A stretch of DNA of 27,420 bases. Source: Vermamoeba vermiformis (Eukaryota). The position numbers and the translations under genes are program-made. The notes under the pieces are model-generated. The model saw only the letters and a list, made by a program, of their open reading frames with translations. It ran no database searches and was not told where the DNA came from. Below, piece by piece: positions 1 to 10,270 of this stretch (positions are counted from its first letter, which is position 1; each line of letters begins with the position of its first letter). The stretch lies in contig JBEWZL010000012.1 in the NCBI GenBank assembly GCA_045837725.1, positions 186,001-213,420 of the forward strand, written 5' to 3'.

Positions 1-2265
1 AGCCACTTGATGTCTTGCGAACAGGCGAGCTGTTGTTTGTTTGTGATGTGCTTGACTTTCTTGGCGGTGTGCTGCTGACTGAACTTCTGCTAGGTCTTCG
101 GGCCGCTATAAGCATACGTTAGTCTATGTAACACTTGAAACGGCAGTCTTACGCTTAGGCACGGCTGCACCGTATTTTCGCAATACAACCAATAAAATTG
201 CTAGTGTAAGGTTCTCATTACCAACGTACAGATCTGGTGTTCATAAACGATAAGCATAACGCACAATATTAGGTCAATCGATGATTACCTTCAGCACTGA
301 CACCGTCAATGCGAATACCAAGAACGCGTAAGAAGCTCAAAAAGTGACCCAAATTGTCTAATTTTTGCATCATCATCTTTGGCACGCCATAGTACTTCTC
401 CAACTTCTTCTCGGACAACACTTCCAACAACTTAATCAACGCAACGCCGTCTTGAATGTCCCCAGTCAAGTTGCGAATAGAAATGCCCCGACAAGCCAAT
501 TGTGAATTGATCCAACTGATGACAATCTGTTTGTGCTGCTCGTGTCGTGATTTGGTTGCGTCTTCTGTCTTGTACAAGAACTACAAAGTATTAACAAGCA
601 ATCGAAATATAACTTTTCATACCTTTCGTTGCGGCGGAGGAGACCCAGAGGGCGAGTTGGAAGTTGCCACGTTCTTTGGAACGGCCTTAGGTGGTGCTGC
701 AAATTGAGCCGAGACAGGTCGTTGGCTGGCTGGAGGAGGCATCTTAAAGTGACCGGATTTTGCTCCACCAGGTGTCTTAGGATTGGATTTTGGAGACATC
801 TTTGGAGCTGTTTTCGGTGACGATAGAGCCCGACTTGGTTCAGCACTAGTATTGTTTGTAGGAGATGCCGTAGCACCGGGACTAGTGATAATTTTCACGC
901 TACTCTTGGCCGACTTGCGCAACGATGACGGTGGCGGCGGTCGTTTTGGTACAGTGTTGCCAATTCTTGGAGGAGTTGGGCCATTAATTGCGACTTGTGT
1001 ACTTTGTGCACGTGTAGGAGGCTTCGGTGCCGCCATTGTGGGCACTCGCATTGAGACTTGAGCTGAAGAGGTGCGGCTGATTCCTGGTGATATGACTTGT
1101 TTGGGCACATCTTCTTGTTGTGGCTTGTCAACGCTGGTTTGAGGCACATCTTCTTGCTGGGACAAGCCTACGTGTGGAAATTGAGCCAAGTCCGTCGGAT
1201 CAAGATCTGGTGTGAAGTCTTCGCTCTGTTGCTCCAAATTGCTGTAGAATTGGTCGTTGGAGTCTGATAGACCAGGCTCCTGATTAGCATCCATATGCGC
1301 GTACATATCCTCGTTAGATCCATTGACCTTCATGTACGTCAAGTCATACGCTGGCGTGCTCATCTCCAAGTTGTAGTCATAGCCCAAATCACTCTGATTA
1401 GGATCGCTCTGGACTACCGATGCATCCTTTGCCGTGTTGTAGCTAATCGTAGGATCGGGCGTAGTATTCAACGTGGGAGTACCGGTAATTTTTCGTCGGA
1501 AAATGCTTGGGGATCCAGGATCTCCGAACTTGGTCTTCGAATTTTGTGGAGAATGCGTTGTAATGCGGGTAGATATAACAGGGCCTGTAGAAGTTGGCGG
1601 CTCGACACCTGCAGCTGGCGTTGAGATTTCGGGAGTCTCTTCGACTGGATCTTCCTACGGATGGATGCACACAGTTACAATTTGCAAAATAATTAAGATT
1701 TCGTACAACTGATAAGAAAATAATTAGATGCTTACTGGTTCAGCAGGATATGGTTCGTCTACTCGTTTGAAAACAAAGCGCAAGTCGAATCCACTGTGGC
1801 GCCCCCATTTTTTATGTACATCGTATGGTTTATCAACAAGAGGACCCACTAAATTGTGATTATTAATAAAAAGGGTCTTAGCTTTGAAATTTTGTACCGG
1901 TGTAGGGTAAATTATTTGGGAATTTTAAAACATACGGAAGGTAATTTTCAGATTATAATGCGGAATGCGGCAATTTCAATATAAATATAATACTATAATA
2001 TATATTACTATGAAATATTTGTACCTATTTTTTCTCTCGTTGCCATGTAGACTCCAAAATTGTTCCAATCGGACTTATCTACATTAGTCTTTTGCGCTAC
2101 GAGATACTTCAATGCGTTGACGGTCATAGTACTCGTCACTAGGAACCCTTTGCAAGTCCCATCCACCAAAAATATTTTAATTACATCCTGCGAGATAAGA
2201 CCTCGTTAATACAATTCTGCAGTATGCGCATCGAATATTACCTGTTCCTTCTCTACGGTGCCCAT
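1..2265 (-). CDS. Ras-association (ubiquitin-like/FERM-F1-like) + Pro/Ser-rich linker + calponin-homology domain protein; 3' end lies outside the window
   Basis: Phase-consistent GT-AG exons 2265-2242, 2187-2025, 1848-1736, 1654-623, 580-289, 233-153, 105-1. N-terminus VIKIFLVDGTCKGFLVTSTMTVNALKYLVAQK...FGVY...KPYDVHKKW...RFVFKR fits an RA-type fold. KQIVISWINSQL...IRNLTGDIQDGVALIKLLEVLS...KLDNLGHFLSFL...DLYVGNENLTLAILLVVLRKY is a CH1-type calponin-homology domain. Confidence 0.85.
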
Positions 2266-2445
2266 TCTGGTGCTGGTTTCTCAGTTCATTCTGCTTTTTG
2301 TAACCGATCTGCGGTACAAATTGGTCAAAAAATTGAAATTTCAGTCGACGCCGCGGAAACTGCAATTACACCTAACAGTACAAAAATCATATGGTGGTTT
2401 ATATTATATTAATATGACTTTTTTTAGTTTTTTTTGTTCGGTATT

Positions 2446-5400
2446 TCAAAACTGCCTATTGAAGCTATTAACATTGGTATTAGTATTGTTATTCACATTT
2501 GGATTCGCAGTATTGCTATTATTAACAGTTTGAGGCTGCGGATTGACTCCAGGAACAGCGCCAGGTGGAGGCTGTCGCCGAGAGTATTCGGCCTCGCACA
2601 AATCCACCAGATCGACGAAAAGTCCTAAAGTCTCTTGCCCAGTAGCTGTAGCCGGAGTATTGTTAGCAGCTGCAGCTTGCATGCTTTGCATTTGCGCGAT
2701 AATGTTGGGCGGCAAGTTCATCGCTACTGGCGAGCTCATAAAGTTCTTAATGTCCGCAGCGCGGTTCGGGTTGTTCGGATCGAAGAACGCAGAGTAATCG
2801 ATAGTCTATGAAAGGCATAGTTAGTCCTACATGCGCCGATAAACAACAAGATCTTAACCGTCGAATTTTCCGACTTTTGTTACGCGGATCTGAATCCACT
2901 TACAGTTTTCTTCAGGTATGACGGCGGGTTCCAATCACTGTCGCTACCACGTGGTTTTTTAGGTCTACCGGGGCCACCGCCAATGCGTCGCCGTCTGCGC
3001 ACTCCTTCGTCATCGCTAATGTCTCCTTCGTTGCCGGAACTGTAGCCTTCACCGCCCCATTCTTCATTATCTGAGCCTTCTGCACTCGATGGACCGGAGT
3101 AATCTCTGTAAAAAGGTAAGATATCAGTACTCGAGCATTGATCAGTGTCAACAGTTTGAAACTTTGACGGATGTAGATGAGATCAAAAGAGCGTTAAGCG
3201 CGCGACGGATGATGCTACACTTAAAAGGAATTTTCCGCGAGTAAGTTAGAAATGGGCATAATAATGGAATTGAACTCTCAAGAATCGATAATCAAGTGAT
3301 GATTTTGACTGGAAGGCCAAATGCGGAGTGGATCGAGAAACACAGCAAAAGAAACTGGCTAAAGCATAGTTACTTACCCTTCGCGGCGCTGGTCAGTCTT
3401 ACGGGGTCGTCCTCGGCCTCGCTTAGCCTTCGGGTCGAATGGGTTGGGTTGCTTGGGCCTGCCTGGAACGCCAGACATGTTACGGAACATTGCCTCCTAT
3501 AGCAAAAATTCGTCAGTTTCGATTTTTTTAACTGGGTATAGTATTTGTCACTATTATTCCGTTTGAGGTTAGGCATATGCCGAACTGTCATCGTGTCTGC
3601 CGACAGGAAATAATATTGAAAGTTTAAAGGTTAAATTTTTAACCCGACAGATCTGATCCCCCTAAGATCGCTTGGATCTGCGCCTTTATAGACGACATTA
3701 AAATGATTGTTGGTAACTTACCTGTGCAAGATTATAGCCAGGCTTTTTCTTGGCCATAACTGAGGTTCCTAAAAATACCATCAGAAAAAAATCGCGTGCA
3801 TGCTGGCAAAGCTTTTGGATCTCAAAATAGAAATGTCACAAACCTTCAGACTCGCTATTAACATCTTGCGAGCTGTGTGCATCGCCCTCCAACCGCGGGT
3901 ATTTCCGCGGTCGACCGGGGCCTTTTCGTTTTTTCATCGGTAAACCACCGGCCATTTCTTGTTGTCGCGCCTAAGTAGATTAATTCTCCGTTAGCATTCT
4001 CGTTACTGACATAACACATGAAAAGATATTCTGGTTATTTCAATCTTGTTTTAAAATTTGAGATTTCAGATTGTCCACGATTGGAAAGTATCAGGGAGCT
4101 AATAATAGAATTTTTTAGGCGGTGTATCTCCGCGTCGGGCGTAAAATAAATCTCCGTCGCTAAAAATCCAGCGGCACCGAATGAAAGAGAGCTTACCATG
4201 TTCAAATCATTAATAGGGGATATAACCGGGGATGATGAGATGGGGCTGTGTGGATCTGAAGGTGAATTCGCGAGAGGGTACTTTCGGGGACGACCCGGAC
4301 CTCGTCGTTGAAAGCCGCCGCTCATATTTATCGTGATCGGCGCTGAAGATTGCATCCCTTGCAGTATTGGCGAGTTTCTGCAATCGTAAGAAATTAGTTG
4401 AAAATCAGGCTTTGCGTGCAATGACATGATAACTTGATTTTAGGGCAATTTAACACAAGAAGTTTACACGTGGTAAATCATCGCAACGTGTGAAAATGGC
4501 AATTAGATCAATTGAGAATCTACAGCAGTTAATACCAAAGTCATAAATGCTAGATTGCGAAGTGGCAAAGGAAAATGCAGATTTCAAGAGAAACAAATTG
4601 ACACGTGCTAATAATTTGAGGGAAATTCAATCGTGTACAACGCGACAATTAGCAGAGATACTCCAAAACGAGTTTGTACTAACTTGTACTTACCCAGCTG
4701 AAGGTTCGTCGGGTCTGGGGTACTTCCTTGGCCTGCCTCGTCCTCGCTTAATGACCAGATTGGACAATGACTGCAATAGCGACTATTAGTACTAAGTACT
4801 CGAAGCGATTGATTTGGATTGCAAAATTGCAAAACTGTGATGGTTGACTCGAATCACGAGGAAAACCACGTTGCATTTTTTATGGTTATTGACTGAACTT
4901 ACCGAGCTTGCGCTGCCATTCATGGGCATGTTACTCGCGGAGATAATTGAAGTTGTATGGGCCATAGGGTACTCGTTAGGTCGTGGGTATTTACGTGGAC
5001 GACCACGACCCCGTTTGACTGCGAATCCTTTAATATTAGTATTGGTCAACCATGGGTCTTAATGACATGATCAACGACATAAGGTGGATATATAGACTTG
5101 CGCGCATGCACGAATGTGATTTCTCCATCCACACGCTGATCTGTGTGCCACATCTAGTACGTTTTTTCAGATCGCAAACTTACCGCCCTGGAACTTTCTT
5201 TTTCTATCACTACCCAAGGAGTTATATACACCTCGTCCACAGTCATCGCACGGCTTTCTCTTCAAACCAAGGTGGGAAATTTCAACATGCTTCCGCCGAT
5301 CAGCACGCGCAGAAAAACCTGTAAAGGATTTTCAGAATCCAAAAGATCAATGGCTATATTGGGCAATAAACTGAATACACGGGCGAAGCGCACGTGTTAC

Positions 5401-8050
5401 TAATTTAAGAATTTTGTAATAAACTGTCAATCGTCAAGAGCTGAAAATTTTGGCTAGTTTTTGTGGGGTCTGTTTAGTCGTATGACCTCTACTTCACTTA
5501 ATTATAGTCGTGACTTACCAATGAAAATCTTTTCACAACCAGGGTACTCGCATCGCAATGTGTCATTGTTCACGCGCTTCAGTTTCTCCATTTGCGCGTC
5601 AAAATCGTCGTCATCGCTCTCATTTACGAGGTTCTTTGCGACAACATTATCTTCTGCTGAATTCTCAATGGAATTGAATTGTTCCACGGGTGGTGGGCCT
5701 TGTTCCCTGGGCTTGACTTCCGGTTTTGGAGCGTGTTCTGTGTTATTATTAGGCTCAATCTCCATTGCATTAGGATTCGCTTGCGGAGCCTGTTGCTGCG
5801 GCTGCTTTGCGGTCTCATCAACGTCCATATAATTCTCCTTGCGGTCCTCGTTGTCTTGGCTCAGATTCATCTGGTCCGCAATCATAATCGGCCGTGGGAA
5901 ACTATCGTGTAAATGGAAGAAATCCGCATGTTGGTTATCAATATGATCGCGCAGCGCGAAGTCAGCGTAGAAGGATTCAACGCAGCCCGGGAAGATGCAC
6001 TTGAAGGGCTTGAAGCCGTCGTGAAGATTGTGCACGTGGTTCTCGAGCATGTAGAACAAGTAGATGCCTAGCGATGAGTCCGCGTACTCCCCTGCTTCTT
6101 TTCTTCGGTAGTCCGTGGATGTTGAAGGCACTTGTGACTTGAGCAGAATTTTTGACTTGCGGCCGCAGTCGGGACATGGTGGCGGGACGTGTCGGATAAT
6201 GTTAGTTGCTGGCTTTGTAGGAGTCTTATTTACGGCCTATAAGAGAAGGGTTTTAGTCATTTTCACGGAAACTGCTATCAACTTGTCAAAAGACCGCGGC
6301 GGATCGCGCGAATAAATCATATGTAAATTTCATCGCCTTGCATCATCAATGTTGCAATAACAATAGTACATACCTGTGTTGCACCATTGTTATCGACATT
6401 AACTTCAGTCTTAACATCAGCTCGCTGTTGAGTATCAGCCTCGACATGCGGTAATGATGCAAGATCTATCATTGTGGTAACAGCTGCTGGCTTAGTTTCA
6501 TTAGCTTGAGCTTGTTGAGGGGCCTAATGTAATGCGTAAGACTAATTGTTCATATACTACCGTGAAATCATACTTTTGGTGGCTCTTTAGTTTCGGATGT
6601 GGAGGGTACCGGACTGTCTTTTTTAAACTCTCGTTGTAATTCTTTTCTGAATATAGCCAAGCCTATTATCAAGCTATGTCAGTTATACTGTCCAAATATG
6701 ATATTGAAGGATTATTAGGCGTTTTTGATTGCTCGTGTAACGGCTTGGAAGCTTTGCGTGCATCTGCTCTGAAAACTAATTCAAGGAATTCTTACCATCG
6801 TCTTCGCTATCCTCGTTATCTTCATCAACAGCATAGGCTTTAACTACAAAGCTATCGCTATCGCTGCCGCTGTGATCCGACGCATCTGATTCTTGTTTCT
6901 TTTCAACAACTTTCTTGGGCTTACGACCAGGTCTTCCAACAGACTTCTTGCTCGTTACACTCTCCTCTTTTGATTCGGAGACATCTTCGCCGCGCTCTTT
7001 CTTTGTTTTCTTCTGTTGTTTATTCCATTCTTTCTCGCGCAGATCCATCATCTGTTTCAAGGCTTGTTCGTGTTTCTTTTTCTCGGGAAGAAGATGAGAG
7101 GGTAGGTCTGGGGGCCGTTGTTTCATTTGTGCGCGGCGCCTCGTAGGAACTTTTTTGTAACTTTCTTTTTGCCATTCGTAAGCCTCCTCGAGCGCTTGTT
7201 GAAAAAGCTTTCCTTTGCGACCGACGGACGTAAATTTCTCAAAATTATCGTCCCAAGGTCGGATTTTATCAGGTTCCATCCATCCGCTATAGTATTAAAA
7301 CAATAGAGTTAAAATTTTGTCGTTCGAAGTGCGGCATCTCCGTCAAAAAAATTTCTTTGCATCGTCATGAAATTGAAGTTAAAATAGCGAGTGTACTCAG
7401 TGAGAAGATTAATAATCATTCATTCAGTAAAGCCCTCTTTGCGAGGGTGGAACGAGAAGATTTATCATCATAATACACTCGAATAATTCAATCAAAAATT
7501 CTAAATAAATGCTAAAAATTGTCTATAGAGTTCTACTTACTATGCATGACTTCCAAAAAAGTATACGAGTACTAAGCCTTCTCGTCCAAGCTTTTGAACG
7601 TCCGCTGAAACTTCGAGCACATCCGCCCTCTAAAACAATCGGATTCGATGTTAATAAAAATAGTCTACATATTTTTCTTAATTTTCCTAGAGGATAAGGA
7701 AGGTAATTTTATGGGTTGTAGCTTAAAATTTTGATTTCAAAATATGAAACGGATTTTAAGGATGAAGGTCAACGAACGAAATTAATCGCTTGAGTAATTT
7801 ACATATTCCTTAATTATGAGGATGATTTTAAGCAAATATTTTGCGGGCGATTTTAATTTTTTGTGACTAATCTGCTGACTTGAAGAGAAGTTCAAATTCC
7901 CTTAAATAATCCAGAATAATTTAGAATAAAATATTACTAGCAATTCCATCATATACAAATCATATAAAAGCATAGTATAATTTTATTTACCCTTGCCGGC
8001 CAAAACGGAAACCCTTCGATCTCAATCCAGCCAAGCTCGCCGTATTCCAT
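2446..8050 (-). CDS. PWWP + C2H2 zinc finger + multiple AT-hook chromatin/DNA-binding protein (~993 aa, 15 exons)
   Basis: Exons 8050-7991, 7629-7541, 7286-6796, 6662-6574, 6523-6374, 6236-5519, 5318-5184, 5027-4903, 4782-4694, 4377-4197, 3970-3844, 3768-3722, 3496-3378, 3105-2904, 2805-2446 join in frame. PWWP: GELGWIEIEGFPFWPAR...VLVYFFGSHAYGWMEPDKIRPW...LFQQALEEA. Zinc fingers: CIFPGC..DHIDNQH and CEYPGC..RKHVEISH. AT-hooks: KRGRGRPRK x3, GPGRPRK x2, GPGRPKK. Confidence 0.85.
7388..7481 (-). ncRNA. SNORD7: Intronic box C/D snoRNA, probable U6 snRNA A47 2'-O-methylation guide (mgU6-47/SNORD7/Z30 family)
   Basis: Lies in intron 2 of the PWWP gene, same strand. 8-bp terminal stem CGAGTGTA/TACACTCG; box C ATGATGA (7471-7465); D' CTGA (7427-7424); C'-like ATGATTA (7419-7413); box D CTGA (7400-7397). 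The D guide TAATCTTCTC is complementary to the conserved U6 sequence GAGAAGAUUA, and the D+5 rule points to A47 (human numbering). Confidence 0.88.
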
Positions 8051-9058
8051 TTATAGAGTAATCGTAGAACAAATAAATATCAAAATTAAATATAAAATAT
8101 CATAATATCATGTTATTTCTTATAGTTACATCAGAATACTACTTGTCGAAGCAAAAAAACTTATTTGCGCCAAAACTCCTCCTTCTCAACAACTCATCAG
8201 TTAACTGTTTTACACTTCGGTGACGACCTATATTATGCATGGAGTATTAGAATACGCACTTATATTGAATGTAAAGCGTTGAACGCATTCTGGCCAGAAT
8301 CTAACGGCATCTGATTTTGGTTACAGCTCTTGCTTCGCACCTCAATATTATGCCAGTTGTAGGAAAGATATTTTTAACGTCACTGACACGAGCGTATACG
8401 ATTTTACGCAATACCATTAATTTTCAACGACAGATTTGAAATTTGGTGCTGTCTCCAATCTCATAGAGTAATATTACCTTTTGGTATAGCATACACATGT
8501 GAAGCAGCGATGGATTGATATCTTTGCATTTCGCGTAAGTCTGAAAGTAAATCAAAACAATCGCGATTAATAATTTTACATCTACTTTACAAAACAGCTA
8601 GGCCCGACAAATCTGCGAAATCCTTCTGTGTTTTTAATTTTATACTTTAATGCAATGAAATCCTCAATTCATTAGTGGCAGTGGCATTTTCGGTGGCGTT
8701 GTTTTTAGATCCCATTCAATCGAAGAATTGTTGTTTCAATATACTTCGCGATTATTCTTATATACGTATACATAGCATCGTCTATAATACACCGGATAAT
8801 ATCCGCTGATTTACTATACGCCGAAAAAAGAACGAATCTGAAACTCGAAATCCGCTCGTTCGGTTTGCCGAAATGTTACTCGCCCGTAGACAACAAATAG
8901 CAATTAATGGTCAATCATTTTAACTCCTGTTTAGGAAAAAAATATATAAATGCATTCGGTATTCAAAAATAGATATGAGTTTCAAACTCTCGACCTTTGC
9001 TAATTCAAAAGGGGGTTGGTTTATATACAAATTATACTACAATTATACATTATACAGG

Positions 9059-9894
9059 TTAATTATTCACATATTGCGAGGGCTGGGGATAGAAAACGCG
9101 TTGGATATCGTAAGTGCCCCAATCGCCCGCTGGGGTGTTATAAATAGAAAGATTTTCCGCCGCACAAGCTCCTCCTTGGTAGATATTCAATTGGTCTTCA
9201 GGATTCCACATATTATTGGTAAAGCTTCCATCCTCTTCGTAGCTGGATGTGTCCACGTCGCTCGTCGATCCGGTACTCCAAGCGTTATCGTCGTATTTGG
9301 GGGCATAGGCGAGTCTGATTACACATGGTTGCGCGTATTCTACGGAGGAGAATTTCTGGTCCTCCGTTTTGACTTCTTTTTCTTGTGTTTTCTGTTTTTC
9401 TATCCGGTCAGTGTGAATCTGGAGCTGCGCATTGAAGTTGTCGGCCCAGGCATCCAAGAGGGTGTCCGTGGCAGTCCATCCTTTGACTCTAGTTGCTCCG
9501 TTCATATACTGGCTCATCATGGTTTGACTAGTGTTGAAAGGTTAGACTTTTTGTGGATCTCGCAAAAAATCATTTTTTTCTTGCAATTTTGAAACGCAAA
9601 TCGCCGAATTGTGATTGTAGTAAGAAGTATATCATATAATCGGACTTACCTAAGGCCGTTCTCGCTCGCAATCTGTTTTTGCGATTTCAATCCCGTCTCG
9701 ATAATGCCACGGAGCTTATTTACTACCTTCTCGTCGGGCGTGGATGTGGCAGGAGCAAAGCTCATAAGCGGGACGACGCCCATCATAGTCTTGCTGTGCA
9801 GTTCTTCGTCAGGCATCACTTTTCTTCGTTTCGAGACGTGGAGTTTAGATGCATCAAAGGAGCTGGAGCGCTTGACGCCGTTAGTCTTTGACAT
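9059..9894 (-). CDS. Small nuclear protein with a lambda-repressor-like (Cro/C1, POU-specific-like) helix-turn-helix (~237 aa, 2 exons)
   Basis: Exons 9894-9650 and 9527-9059 (phase-2 GT-AG intron) join to give LRGIIETGLKSQKQIASENGLSQTMMSQYMNG...LLDAW, which matches the XRE pattern SQxxIAxxxGLSQxxxSxxxNG. Basic NLS-like SKRRK near the N-terminus; acidic/aromatic C-terminus. Confidence 0.8.
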
Positions 9895-10270
9895 TGTGTT
9901 GTGTGTTAATGAGTTGACAAAATATGACTGGCTTGTGGTTTAAACTTGTCAAAAGAAATGATAAAATGACCTCAAGATCCAATCGCCTTTTATTTTTCCA
10001 GCCTTTGTGATTCAATTCTAAAATAGAAACCAGCGGAAATAACACACGAATCTAAAAATTAGTATTTAAACCAAATTTCTACGCTATTGCACGTTCTTTA
10101 GACATGTGCACCCTGCCCTTCTTATCTATTGCCATAAATTCATTAAATTCTTCTTTATTACAATCTATAATACATCGTGCTGCTTTAAATTATGTACTTG
10201 GCCGTTTTTGCTGCTCTGCTAATGCCAATAAACCTTTAGATCTAAAAATAGATCCGGATCGAGTAGCTCG

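Noticed and set aside
1104-1156. 14-bp direct repeat (QQEDVP twice, 39 nt apart)
   Set aside because: A small duplication in a disordered coding linker; not an array or mobile element.
1780-1848. CRIB-like motif VDKPYDVHKKWGRHSGFD
   Set aside because: Spacing does not fit ISxPxxFxHxxH, and the segment is better explained as the C-terminal part of the RA-like domain.
8125-8205. Second possible C/D snoRNA on the minus strand (TGATGA...CTGA)
   Set aside because: Weak, mis-registered terminal stem, non-purine before the C box, no D'/C' pair and no recognisable guide target.
8975-9943. Long plus-strand ORFs (205 aa, 110 aa)
   Set aside because: Antisense shadows of the HTH gene exons with no protein-like features. 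The same applies to most plus-strand ORFs before position 24000.
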